From the NCBI RefSeq assembly GCF_040549745.1, contig NZ_CP159641.1: a stretch of 24,000 nt of DNA; one strand, given 5' to 3'. Below, piece after piece: positions 1 through 9,627 of this stretch. Source of the DNA: Escherichia coli. Lineage in GTDB: Bacteria; Pseudomonadota; Gammaproteobacteria; Enterobacterales; Enterobacteriaceae. Each line of letters opens with the position of its first letter. Position 1 is the first letter of the stretch. The notes under the pieces were generated by a model. The model was not told the DNA's origin and did no database searches. It saw only the letters and a program-made list of their open reading frames with translations. A program made the translations under genes and the position numbers.

Positions 1-727
1 CTTCAAGCGCACCGTCAACGCCGGGCATGAAACCAACGCGCTGGCCGTCGCCAACAAGCAGGTGGATGTTGCCACCAACAACACCGAAAACCTCGACAAG
101 CTGAAAACCTCCGCGCCAGAGAAGCTGAAAGAACTGAAGGTGATCTGGAAGTCGCCGCTGATCCCAGGCGATCCGATCGTCTGGCGCAAGAATCTTTCCG
201 AAACCACCAAAGACAAGATCTACGACTTCTTTATGAACTACGGCAAAACGCCGGAAGAAAAAGCGGTGCTGGAACGCCTGGGCTGGGCGCCATTCCGCGC
301 TTCCAGCGACCTGCAACTGGTGCCGATTCGCCAGCTCGCGCTGTTTAAAGAGATGCAGGGCGTGAAAAGCAATAAAGGACTGAATGAGCAGGACAAGCTG
401 GCAAAAACCACCGAGATTCAGGCGCAGCTGGATGACCTGGACCGCCTGAACAACGCGCTAAGCGCGATGAGTTCGGTGAGTAAAGCGGTGCAGGTAAATC
501 GTAGGTCGGATAAGACGCCCCGGCGTCGCATCCGACAATGTGCAGGCGTTGATGCCGGATGCGGTGCAAGCACCTTATCCGGCCTACAGACCGGAGCCAA
601 ACATGCAAACCATCACCATCGCCCCACCCAAGCGCAGCTGGTTCTCGCTTCTGAGCTGGGCCGTTGTTCTCGCCGTGCTGGTCGTCTCGTGGCAGGGCGC
701 GGAAATGGCCCCGCTCACGCTGATTAA
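1..727 (+). CDS. phnD: Phosphonate ABC transporter periplasmic binding protein PhnD (5' end outside window; frame stays open past the expected C-terminus to 727)
   Basis: Reading from nt 2 gives [20 protein letters not shown]...[18 protein letters not shown], which I recognise as the C-terminal ~164 aa of E. coli PhnD. Recognisable PhnD sequence ends at CAG 491-493. The frame then continues ([12 protein letters not shown]...) through a BIME to TAA 725-727. A TAA at 495-497 is one base out of frame. Confidence 0.85.
501..588. repeat. BIME: two REP (palindromic unit) copies in opposite orientation between phnD and phnE
   Basis: GTAGGTCGGATAAGACGCCCCGGCGTCGCATCCGACA (501-540) and GATGCCGGATGCGGTGCAAGCACCTTATCCGGCCTAC (551-587) are classic E. 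coli REP consensus stems. Confidence 0.9.
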
Positions 728-1382
728 AGACGGCGGCAACATGGCAACCTTCGCTGCCGACTTCTTCCCGCCCGATTTCAGCCAGTGGCAGGATTACCTC
801 ACCGAAATGGCCGTCACGCTGCAAATCGCCGTCTGGGGCACCGCGCTGGCGGTGGTTCTCTCCATCCCCTTTGGCCTGATGAGCGCCGAAAACCTGGTGC
901 CGTGGTGGGTTTACCAGCCCGTTCGCCGCCTGATGGACGCCTGCCGCGCCATTAACGAAATGGTCTTCGCCATGCTGTTCGTGGTCGCCGTCGGTCTCGG
1001 ACCGTTCGCTGGCGTGCTGGCGCTATTTATCCACACCACCGGCGTGCTCTCCAAGCTGCTTTCCGAAGCGGTAGAAGCAATTGAACCTGGCCCGGTGGAA
1101 GGCATTCGCGCCACCGGTGCCAACAAGCTCGAAGAGATCCTCTACGGCGTGCTGCCACAGGTGATGCCACTGCTGATCTCCTACTCCCTCTATCGCTTCG
1201 AATCCAACGTCCGCTCGGCGACCGTCGTCGGCATGGTCGGCGCAGGCGGGATCGGCGTCACCCTGTGGGAAGCGATTCGCGGTTTCCAGTTCCAACAAAC
1301 CTGCGCCCTGATGGTGCTTATCATCGTCACGGTCAGCCTGCTGGATTTCCTCTCTCAACGGTTGCGTAAGCACTTTATCTGA
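603..1382 (+). CDS. phnE: Phosphonate ABC transporter permease PhnE, intact reading frame
   Basis: ATG at 603 ([17 protein letters not shown]...) runs to TGA 1380-1382, 259 aa. The protein is multi-TM and hydrophobic with a permease EAA-type loop ([19 protein letters not shown]). The ORF-track start at 540 lies inside the BIME and is unlikely. Confidence 0.9.
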
Positions 1383-1402
1383 TAAGCGAGGCATTGATAT
1401 CT

Positions 1403-2128
1403 ATGCACTTGTCTACACATCCGACCAGCTACCCAACACGCTATCAAGAGATAGCCGCAAAACTTGAGCAGGAGCTTCGTCAACACTACCGCTGCGGCGA
1501 CTATCTTCCCGCCGAGCAGCAACTGGCAGCGCGCTTTGAGGTGAATCGCCACACCCTGCGCCGCGCCATCGACCAACTGGTGGAAAAAGGCTGGGTACAG
1601 CGCCGTCAGGGCGTCGGCGTGCTGGTGCTGATGCGCCCGTTCGATTACCCGCTCAACGCCCAGGCGCGTTTTAGCCAGAATCTGCTGGATCAGGGCAGCC
1701 ATCCCACCAGCGAAAAACTGCTTTCGGTATTGCGCCCCGCGTCCGGCCACGTCGCTGACGCACTGGGGATTACCGAGGGGGAGAACGTCATCCACCTGCG
1801 CACCCTGCGTCGTGTCAACGGCGTCGCGCTCTGTTTAATCGACCACTACTTCGCGGACCTCACCCTCTGGCCGACGCTGCAACGCTTCGACAGCGGCTCG
1901 CTGCACGATTTTCTGCGCGAGCAAACCGGAATTGCGCTGCGCCGCAGCCAGACGCGGATCAGCGCCCGCCGCGCCCAGGCCAAAGAGTGCCAGCGTCTTG
2001 AAATCCCGAATATGTCGCCGCTGCTGTGCGTGCGCACCCTTAACCACCGTGACAGTGAAAGCAGCCCGGCGGAGTACTCCGTCAGCCTGACGCGCGCCGA
2101 CATGATTGAATTCACTATGGAGCACTGA
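1403..2128 (+). CDS. phnF: GntR-family (HutC/UTRA subfamily) transcriptional repressor PhnF
   Basis: MHLSTHPTSYPTRYQEIAAKLEQELR...; 241 aa from ATG 1403, with GAGG about 10 nt upstream. It has an N-terminal winged-helix motif (LPAEQQLAARFEVNRHTLRRAIDQL). Confidence 0.93.
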   Translation: MHLSTHPTSYPTRYQEIAAKLEQELRQHYRCGDYLPAEQQLAARFEVNRHTLRRAIDQLVEKGWVQRRQGVGVLVLMRPFDYPLNAQARFSQNLLDQGSHPTSEKLLSVLRPASGHVADALGITEGENVIHLRTLRRVNGVALCLIDHYFADLTLWPTLQRFDSGSLHDFLREQTGIALRRSQTRISARRAQAKECQRLEIPNMSPLLCVRTLNHRDSESSPAEYSVSLTRADMIEFTMEH

Positions 2129-2581
2129 ATGCACGCAGATACCGCGACCCGCCAGCACTGGATGTCCGTGCTGGCGCACAGCCAACCGGCTGAACTGGCA
2201 GCACGCCTGAACGCGCTAAACATCACCGCCGACTATGAGGTGATCCGCGCCGCTGAAACTGGCCTGGTACAGATTCAGGCGCGGATGGGCGGCACCGGCG
2301 AACGTTTTTTTGCCGGCGACGCCACGCTGACCCGCGCCGCCGTGCGCCTGACTGACGGCACGCTCGGCTACAGCTGGGTGCAGGGGCGTGATAAACAGCA
2401 CGCCGAACGCTGCGCGCTGATTGACGCGCTGATGCAGCAATCTCGCCACTTTCAAAACTTATCAGAAACCCTTATTGCCCCGCTGGACGCTGACCGTATG
2501 GCACGCATTGCCGCACGCCAGGCCGAAGTGAACGCCAGCCGGGTCGACTTCTTTACGATGGTTCGCGGAGACAACGCATGA
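2129..2581 (+). CDS. phnG: C-P lyase core complex subunit PhnG
   Basis: 150-aa ORF that starts immediately after the phnF stop. The sequence is recognised as PhnG. Confidence 0.93.
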
Positions 2582-3162
2582 CCCTGGAAACCGCTTTTAT
2601 GCTTCCCGTGCAGGATGCCCAGCACAGTTTTCGTCGCCTGTTAAAGGCCATGAGCGAGCCGGGCGTGATTGTCGCCCTGCATCAGCTCAAACGCGGCTGG
2701 CAACCGCTGAATATCGCCACCACCAGCGTGCTGCTGACGCTGGCCGATAACGACACGCCGGTGTGGCTTTCTACCCCATTAAATAACGATATCGTCAACC
2801 AGAGCCTGCGTTTTCATACCAACGCGCCGCTGGTCAGCCAGCCGGAACAGGCGACCTTCGCGGTGACGGATGAGGCGATTTCCAGCGAACAGCTCAACGC
2901 CCTTTCCACCGGCACCGCCGTTGCGCCGGAAGCGGGTGCGACGCTGATTTTACAGGTCGCCAGCCTGAGCGGCGGACGCATGTTGCGCCTTACTGGTGCG
3001 GGTATTGCCGAAGAACGAATGATCGCTCCGCAGCTGCCGGAGTGCATTCTGCACGAACTCACCGAGCGCCCGCATCCGTTCCCGCTCGGCATCGACCTGA
3101 TCCTGACCTGTGGCGAGCGCCTGCTGGCTATTCCGCGAACCACTCATGTGGAGGTGTGCTGA
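2578..3162 (+). CDS. phnH: C-P lyase core complex subunit PhnH
   Basis: 194-aa ORF whose ATGA overlaps the phnG stop. The sequence is recognised as PhnH. Confidence 0.93.
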
Positions 3163-4226
3163 TGTACGTTGCCGTGAAAGGGGGCGAGAAGGCGATCGAC
3201 GCCGCCCACGCCCTGCAAGAGAGCCGACGCCGAGGCGATACCGATTTGCCCGAACTGAGCGTCGCCCAGATTGAACAGCAGCTTAACCTCGCGGTAGATC
3301 GCGTGATGACCGAAGGCGGCATTGCCGACCGCGAACTGGCGGCGCTGGCGCTGAAACAGGCCAGCGGCGATAACGTTGAAGCGATTTTCCTGCTGCGCGC
3401 CTACCGCACCACGTTGGCGAAGCTGGCGGTAAGCGAGCCGCTCGACACCACCGGGATGCGTCTCGAACGCCGTATCTCCGCCGTTTATAAAGACATTCCC
3501 GGCGGCCAGCTGCTTGGCCCAACCTACGACTACACCCATCGCCTGCTCGATTTTACCCTGCTGGCAAACGGCGAAGCGCCGACGCTGACCACCGCCGACA
3601 GCGAACAGCAGCCGTCGCCGCACGTTTTCAGCCTGCTGGCGCGTCAGGGGCTGGCGAAGTTTGAAGAGGATAGCGGCGCACAGCCGGATGACATCACCCG
3701 CACGCCGCCGGTTTACCCCTGCTCACGCTCCTCCCGTTTGCAGCAGTTGATGCGCGGCGACGAAGGCTATTTGCTGGCGCTGGCCTACTCCACCCAACGC
3801 GGTTACGGGCGCAATCACCCGTTCGCAGGCGAGATCCGCAGCGGCTATATCGACGTGTCGATTGTGCCGGAAGAGCTGGGATTTGCGGTGAACGTCGGCG
3901 AACTGCTGATGACTGAGTGTGAAATGGTTAACGGTTTTATCGACCCGCCGGGTGAGCCGCCGCACTTCACGCGCGGCTACGGGCTGGTGTTCGGCATGAG
4001 CGAGCGCAAAGCGATGGCGATGGCGCTGGTCGACCGCGCTCTGCAAGCCCCGGAGTACGGCGAGCACGCGACAGGCCCGGCGCAGGATGAAGAGTTCGTG
4101 CTGGCACATGCCGACAACGTCGAAGCCGCAGGCTTTGTCTCACACCTCAAACTCCCCCACTACGTCGATTTCCAGGCCGAACTGGAGCTACTCAAACGTC
4201 TGCAACAGGAGCAGAACCATGGCTAA
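3162..4226 (+). CDS. phnI: C-P lyase subunit PhnI (ribophosphonate triphosphate synthase / nucleosidase component)
   Basis: [26 protein letters not shown]...; 354 aa from ATG 3162, overlapping the phnH TGA by 1 nt. The ORF-track start at 3042 is an upstream extension inside phnH. Confidence 0.93.
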   Translation: MYVAVKGGEKAIDAAHALQESRRRGDTDLPELSVAQIEQQLNLAVDRVMTEGGIADRELAALALKQASGDNVEAIFLLRAYRTTLAKLAVSEPLDTTGMRLERRISAVYKDIPGGQLLGPTYDYTHRLLDFTLLANGEAPTLTTADSEQQPSPHVFSLLARQGLAKFEEDSGAQPDDITRTPPVYPCSRSSRLQQLMRGDEGYLLALAYSTQRGYGRNHPFAGEIRSGYIDVSIVPEELGFAVNVGELLMTECEMVNGFIDPPGEPPHFTRGYGLVFGMSERKAMAMALVDRALQAPEYGEHATGPAQDEEFVLAHADNVEAAGFVSHLKLPHYVDFQAELELLKRLQQEQNHG

Positions 4227-5064
4227 TCTGAGCGGCTACAACTTTGCCTACCTCGACGAGCAGACCAAACGCATGATCCGCCGCGCCATCTTAAAAGCGG
4301 TGGCGATCCCCGGTTATCAGGTGCCGTTTGGCGGGCGCGAGATGCCGATGCCGTACGGCTGGGGAACCGGCGGCATTCAGCTTACCGCCAGCGTGATTGG
4401 CGAAAGCGACGTGCTGAAGGTGATTGACCAGGGCGCGGATGACACCACCAACGCCGTGTCGATTCGCAACTTCTTCAAGCGCGTGACCGGGGTAAACACC
4501 ACGGAACGTACGGACGATGCGACGGTTATCCAGACGCGTCACCGCATCCCCGAAACGCCGCTGACCGAAGATCAGATAATTATCTTCCAGGTGCCAATCC
4601 CCGAGCCGCTGCGCTTTATCGAGCCGCGCGAAACGGAAACCCGCACCATGCACGCGCTGGAAGAGTACGGCGTGATGCAGGTGAAACTGTATGAAGATAT
4701 CGCCCGCTTCGGTCATATCGCCACCACCTACGCCTATCCGGTGAAGGTAAATGGGCGCTACGTGATGGACCCGTCGCCGATCCCGAAATTCGATAACCCA
4801 AAAATGGACATGATGCCCGCCCTGCAACTGTTCGGCGCGGGGCGCGAGAAGCGCATCTATGCGGTGCCGCCGTTTACCCGCGTGGAAAGTCTCGATTTCG
4901 ACGATCACCCGTTCACCGTTCAGCAGTGGGATGAGCCATGCGCCATCTGCGGATCGACCCACAGCTATCTTGATGAAGTGGTGCTGGATGACGCCGGAAA
5001 CCGCATGTTTGTCTGCTCCGATACCGATTATTGCCGCCAACAGAGCGAGGCAAAAAACCAATGA
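4219..5064 (+). CDS. phnJ: C-P lyase catalytic subunit PhnJ (radical-SAM-type Fe-S enzyme)
   Basis: MANLSGYNFAYLDEQTKRMIRRAILK...; 281 aa with an 8-nt overlap with phnI. It has a C-terminal Cys cluster (CAICGS...FVCSDTDYC). Confidence 0.94.
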   Translation: MANLSGYNFAYLDEQTKRMIRRAILKAVAIPGYQVPFGGREMPMPYGWGTGGIQLTASVIGESDVLKVIDQGADDTTNAVSIRNFFKRVTGVNTTERTDDATVIQTRHRIPETPLTEDQIIIFQVPIPEPLRFIEPRETETRTMHALEEYGVMQVKLYEDIARFGHIATTYAYPVKVNGRYVMDPSPIPKFDNPKMDMMPALQLFGAGREKRIYAVPPFTRVESLDFDDHPFTVQQWDEPCAICGSTHSYLDEVVLDDAGNRMFVCSDTDYCRQQSEAKNQ

Positions 5065-5819
5065 ATCAACCGTTACTTTCGGTCAATAACCTGACCCACC
5101 TTTACGCGCCGGGCAAAGGCTTTAGCGATGTCTCTTTTGATTTATGGCCGGGGGAAGTGCTGGGCATTGTCGGGGAATCCGGCTCCGGGAAGACCACGCT
5201 GCTGAAGTCGATCTCCGCGCGCCTGACGCCGCAGCAGGGGGAAATTCACTACGAGAACCGTTCGCTGTATGCAATGAGCGAGGCCGACCGCCGTCGCCTG
5301 CTGCGTACCGAATGGGGCGTGGTGCATCAGCATCCACTCGACGGCCTGCGCCGCCAGGTGTCGGCAGGCGGCAATATCGGCGAGCGGCTGATGGCGACCG
5401 GGGCACGTCATTACGGCGATATTCGTGCCACCGCGCAGAAGTGGCTGGAAGAGGTGGAGATTCCCGCCAACCGGATCGACGACCTGCCGACCACCTTTTC
5501 CGGCGGTATGCAGCAGCGTTTGCAGATTGCCCGCAACCTGGTGACGCATCCGAAGCTGGTGTTTATGGATGAACCGACCGGCGGGCTGGATGTGTCGGTG
5601 CAGGCCCGCCTGCTCGACCTGCTGCGCGGCCTGGTGGTGGAGCTGAACCTCGCGGTGGTGATTGTCACCCATGATTTAGGCGTCGCCCGCCTGCTGGCGG
5701 ACCGTTTGCTGGTGATGAAGCAGGGGCAAGTGGTGGAGAGTGGGTTAACCGACCGCGTGCTCGACGACCCGCATCATCCGTATACACAGCTGCTGGTGTC
5801 ATCGGTTTTGCAGAATTGA
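5061..5819 (+). CDS. phnK: C-P lyase-associated ABC-type ATPase PhnK
   Basis: [15 protein letters not shown]...; 252 aa whose ATGA overlaps the phnJ stop. It has Walker A GESGSGKT, signature FSGGMQQR and Walker [13 protein letters not shown]. Confidence 0.94.
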
Positions 5820-5823
5820 GCCG

Positions 5824-5910
<87 letters not shown>

Positions 5911-5929
5911 CCGAACCACGAGGCGAAAA

Positions 5930-6610
5930 ATGATTAACGTACAAAACGTCAGTAAAACCTTCATCCTGCACCAGCAAAACGGCGTGCGCCTGCCCGTCCT
6001 CAATCGCGCCTCGCTCACCGTCAACGCGGGCGAATGCGTGGTGCTCCACGGCCATTCCGGCAGCGGCAAATCAACTCTGCTACGCTCGCTGTACGCCAAC
6101 TATCTACCCGACGAAGGTCAAATCCAGATCAAACACGGTGACGAGTGGGTAGACCTGGTCACCGCGCCAGCGCGCAAAGTGGTGGAAATCCGCAAAACCA
6201 CCGTCGGCTGGGTGAGCCAGTTTCTGCGCGTCATCCCGCGTATCTCAGCACTGGAAGTGGTGATGCAGCCGCTGCTCGATACCGGCGTTCCGCGTGAAGC
6301 CTGCGCCGCTAAAGCCGCGCGTCTTCTCACCCGCCTGAACGTGCCGGAACGCCTGTGGCACCTGGCACCATCGACATTTTCCGGTGGCGAACAGCAGCGC
6401 GTCAACATCGCCCGCGGCTTTATCGTCGACTACCCCATTCTGCTGCTTGACGAACCTACCGCCTCGCTGGACGCCAAAAACAGCGCCGCGGTGGTGGAAC
6501 TGATTCGCGAAGCCAAAACCCGTGGCGCAGCCATCGTAGGCATCTTCCATGACGAAGCTGTACGTAATGACGTCGCCGACCGCCTGCACCCAATGGGAGC
6601 CTCTTCATGA
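5930..6610 (+). CDS. phnL: C-P lyase-associated ABC-type ATPase PhnL
   Basis: [18 protein letters not shown]...; 226 aa from ATG 5930. It has Walker A GHSGSGKS, signature FSGGEQQR and Walker [12 protein letters not shown]. The ORF-track start at 5816 reads through the BIME. Confidence 0.93.
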
Positions 6611-7743
6611 TTATCAATAACGTTAAGCTGGTGCTGGAAAACGAGGTGGTAAGCGGTTCGCTGGAGGTGCAGAACGGCGAAATCCGCGCCTTTGCCGAAA
6701 GCCAGAGCCGCCTGCCGGAGGCGATGGACGGCGAAGGCGGCTGGCTGCTGCCGGGGCTGATTGAGCTGCATACCGATAATCTGGATAAATTCTTCACCCC
6801 GCGCCCGAAAGTTGACTGGCCTGCCCACTCGGCGATGAGCAGCCACGACGCGCTGATGGTGGCGAGCGGCATCACCACCGTACTGGATGCCGTGGCAATT
6901 GGCGACGTGCGCGACGGCGGCGATCGGCTGGAGAATCTGGAGAAGATGATCAACGCCATCGAAGAGACGCAGAAACGCGGCGTCAACCGCGCCGAGCACC
7001 GTCTGCATCTGCGCTGCGAACTGCCGCATCACACCACGCTGCCGCTGTTTGAAAAACTGGTGCAGCGCGAGCCGGTGACGCTGGTGTCGCTGATGGACCA
7101 CTCGCCGGGCCAGCGCCAGTTCGCCAACCGCGAGAAGTATCGCGAATATTATCAGGGCAAATACTCCCTCACTGATGCGCAGATGCAGCAGTACGAAGAA
7201 GAGCAACTGGCGCTCGCCGCACGCTGGTCGCAGCCGAATCGCGAATCCATCGCCGCCCTGTGCCGCGCGCGAAAAATTGCGCTTGCCAGCCACGATGACG
7301 CCACCCACGCCCACGTTGCTGAATCTCACCAGCTTGGCAGCGTGATCGCCGAATTTCCCACCACGTTCGAAGCGGCGGAAGCCTCGCGCAAGCATGGCAT
7401 GAACGTGCTGATGGGCGCGCCGAATATTGTGCGCGGCGGCTCGCACTCCGGCAACGTGGCGGCCAGTGAACTGGCGCAGCTTGGCCTGCTGGATATCCTC
7501 TCTTCCGACTACTACCCCGCCAGCCTGCTCGATGCGGCATTTCGCGTCGCCGATGACGAGAGCAACCGCTTTACGCTGCCGCAGGCGGTGAAGCTGGTGA
7601 CTAAAAATCCAGCGCAGGCGCTTAATCTCCAGGATCGCGGGGTGATTGGCGAGGGCAAACGCGCCGACCTGGTGCTGGCGCATCGCAAGGACAATCATAT
7701 TCATATCGACCACGTCTGGCGTCAGGGTAAAAGGGTGTTCTGA
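6607..7743 (+). CDS. phnM: Amidohydrolase-superfamily ribophosphonate triphosphate diphosphatase PhnM
   Basis: 378-aa ORF whose ATGA overlaps the phnL stop. It has an amidohydrolase metal motif region ([10 protein letters not shown]). Confidence 0.93.
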
Positions 7744-8300
7744 TGATGGGAAAACTGATTTGGTTAATGGGGCCGTCCGGCTCCGGGAAAGACAGCCTGC
7801 TGGCGGAACTCCGCCTGCGGGAACAAACTCAGTTACTGGTGGCGCATCGCTACATCACGCGCGATGCCAGCGCCGGAAGTGAAAACCATATCGCCCTGAG
7901 CGAGCAGGAGTTTTTTACCCGCGCGGGGCAAAATCTGTTGGCCTTAAGCTGGCACGCTAACGGTCTGTATTATGGCGTCGGCGTCGAGATTGATCTCTGG
8001 CTGCACGCCGGATTCGACGTGCTGGTCAACGGCTCACGCGCCCATCTGCCGCAGGCGCGGGCGCGCTATCAATCGGCGCTGCTGCCCGTCTGTTTACAGG
8101 TTTCGCCGGAGATCCTCCGCCAGCGCCTGGAAAACCGTGGCCGTGAAAACGCCAGTGAAATTAACGCCCGCCTGGCGCGCGCCGCCCGCTATACTCCACA
8201 GGATTGCCATACGCTCAACAATGACGGCAGCCTGCGCCAGTCGGTCGACACGCTGCTGACGCTGATCCATCAGAAGGAGAAACACCATGCCTGCTTGTGA
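7743..8300 (+). CDS. phnN: Ribose 1,5-bisphosphate phosphokinase PhnN
   Basis: 185 aa with P-loop GPSGSGKDS. The ATG overlaps the phnM TGA by 1 nt. Confidence 0.93.
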
Positions 8301-8721
8301 GCTTCGCCCGGCCACGCAGTACGACACCGACGCGGTTTACGCGCTGATTTGTGAGCTAAAACAGGCGGAGTTTGACCACCACGCGTTTCGCGTGGGTTTT
8401 AACGCCAATCTGCGCGACCCAAACATGCGCTACCATCTGGCGCTGCTTGATGGCGAAGTTGTCGGCATGATCGGCCTGCATTTGCAGTTTCATCTGCATC
8501 ATGTCAACTGGATCGGCGAAATTCAGGAGTTGGTGGTAATGCCGCAGGCGCGCGGTCTGAACGTCGGCAGTAAGTTACTGGCGTGGGCAGAAGAAGAAGC
8601 CCGCCAGGCCGGGGCCGAAATGACCGAACTTTCGACCAACGTGAAGCGCCACGACGCGCACCGTTTCTATCTGCGCGAAGGCTACGAGCAGAGCCACTTC
8701 CGCTTCACCAAGGCGCTGTAA
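8287..8721 (+). CDS. phnO: GNAT-family aminoalkylphosphonate N-acetyltransferase PhnO
   Basis: 144 aa overlapping phnN by 14 nt. It has a GNAT acetyl-CoA motif region ([19 protein letters not shown]). Confidence 0.92.
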
Positions 8722-8722
8722 C

Positions 8723-9481
8723 ATGAGCCTGCCCCTCACGCTCACCGGCACCGGCGGCGCACAGGGCGTTCCGGCATGGGGCTGCGAGTGTGCGGCCTGC
8801 GCCAGAGCGCGGCGCTCGCCGCAGTATCGCCGCCAACCGTGCAGCGGCGTAGTGAAGTTTAACGACGCAATCACCCTGATCGACGCCGGGCTGCACGATC
8901 TCGCCGATCGCTGGTCGCCCGGATCGTTCCAGCAGTTTTTGCTGACGCATTATCATATGGATCACGTCCAGGGGCTGTTTCCGCTGCGCTGGGGCGTTGG
9001 CGATCCGATCCCGGTTTACGGCCCGCCGGATGAACAGGGCTGCGACGATCTGTTTAAACATCCGGGCCTGCTTGATTTCAGCCACACGGTGGAACCGTTT
9101 GTGGTGTTTGATTTGCAGGGGTTACAGGTCACGCCCCTGCCGCTCAACCACTCAAAACTGACCTTCGGTTATCTGCTGGAAACGGCACACAGCCGGGTGG
9201 CGTGGCTGTCTGACACCGCAGGCTTGCCGGAAAAAACGCTGAAATTTTTACGCAATAATCAGCCGCAGGTAATGGTGATGGATTGCAGTCACCCGCCGCG
9301 CGCGGATGCACCGCGTAATCACTGTGATTTAAATACCGTGCTTGCGCTGAATCAGGTTATCCGCTCGCCACGGGTGATTCTGACCCATATCAGCCACCAG
9401 TTTGATGCGTGGCTGATGGAAAACGCACTACCGTCAGGGTTTGAGGTGGGGTTTGATGGGATGGAGATTGGGGTGGCGTGA
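8723..9481 (+). CDS. phnP: Metallo-beta-lactamase-fold phosphoribosyl 1,2-cyclic phosphate phosphodiesterase PhnP
   Basis: 252 aa starting 1 nt after the phnO stop. It has the MBL motif THYHMDH. Confidence 0.93.
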   Translation: MSLPLTLTGTGGAQGVPAWGCECAACARARRSPQYRRQPCSGVVKFNDAITLIDAGLHDLADRWSPGSFQQFLLTHYHMDHVQGLFPLRWGVGDPIPVYGPPDEQGCDDLFKHPGLLDFSHTVEPFVVFDLQGLQVTPLPLNHSKLTFGYLLETAHSRVAWLSDTAGLPEKTLKFLRNNQPQVMVMDCSHPPRADAPRNHCDLNTVLALNQVIRSPRVILTHISHQFDAWLMENALPSGFEVGFDGMEIGVA

Positions 9482-9501
9482 TGAGAGGGAATGTGCGCGC
9501 T

Positions 9502-9606
9502 GGCCCCCTCACCCTAACCCTCTCCCCAGAGGGGCGAGGGGACCGATTGTGCTCGATATTGAATATTGCGCTCGTTTTCTCCCTCTCCCCATTGGGGTGA
9601 GGGGCG
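9502..9606. repeat. Pair of GC-rich imperfect palindromes (CCCTCTCCCC / GGGGnGAGGGG arms) between convergent phnP and yjdP
   Basis: CCCCTCACCCTAACCCTCTCCCCAGAGGGGCGAGGGGAC (about 9505-9543) and CCCTCTCCCCATTGGGGTGAGGGGC (9581-9605). Each can fold into a GC-rich hairpin. They resemble a dispersed enterobacterial intergenic repeat family, possibly Box C; that name is from memory and is uncertain. Confidence 0.6.
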
Positions 9607-9627
9607 ATGCCTGCTCCATACCCAACC

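Noticed and set aside
540-602. Upstream-extended starts from the ORF track (phnE at 540, phnI at 3042, phnJ at 4087, phnL at 5816, yjcS at 17992, ytcA at 20150, alsE at 16090, alsR at 10801)
   Set aside because: The extensions lie inside REP elements or the preceding gene, or use TTG/GTG codons without a Shine-Dalgarno. Internal ATGs with good spacing to a Shine-Dalgarno give the lengths I recall for the E. coli proteins.
4291-5061. 256-aa minus-strand ORF, with similar cases at 345-824, 1355-1795, 3144-3623, 5142-5672, 16255-16923 and 20617-21216
   Set aside because: All are antisense to well-supported genes (phnJ, phnD/E, phnF, phnI, phnK, alsE/K, mdtN). They have biased composition and no independent signals.
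6430-7713. 427-aa ORF on the minus strand
   Set aside because: It lies entirely antisense to phnM, a recognisable amidohydrolase with coupled start and stop. Its Arg/Ala/Gly-rich, low-complexity composition is typical of shadow ORFs in GC-rich coding DNA, and it has no Shine-Dalgarno or recognisable motif.
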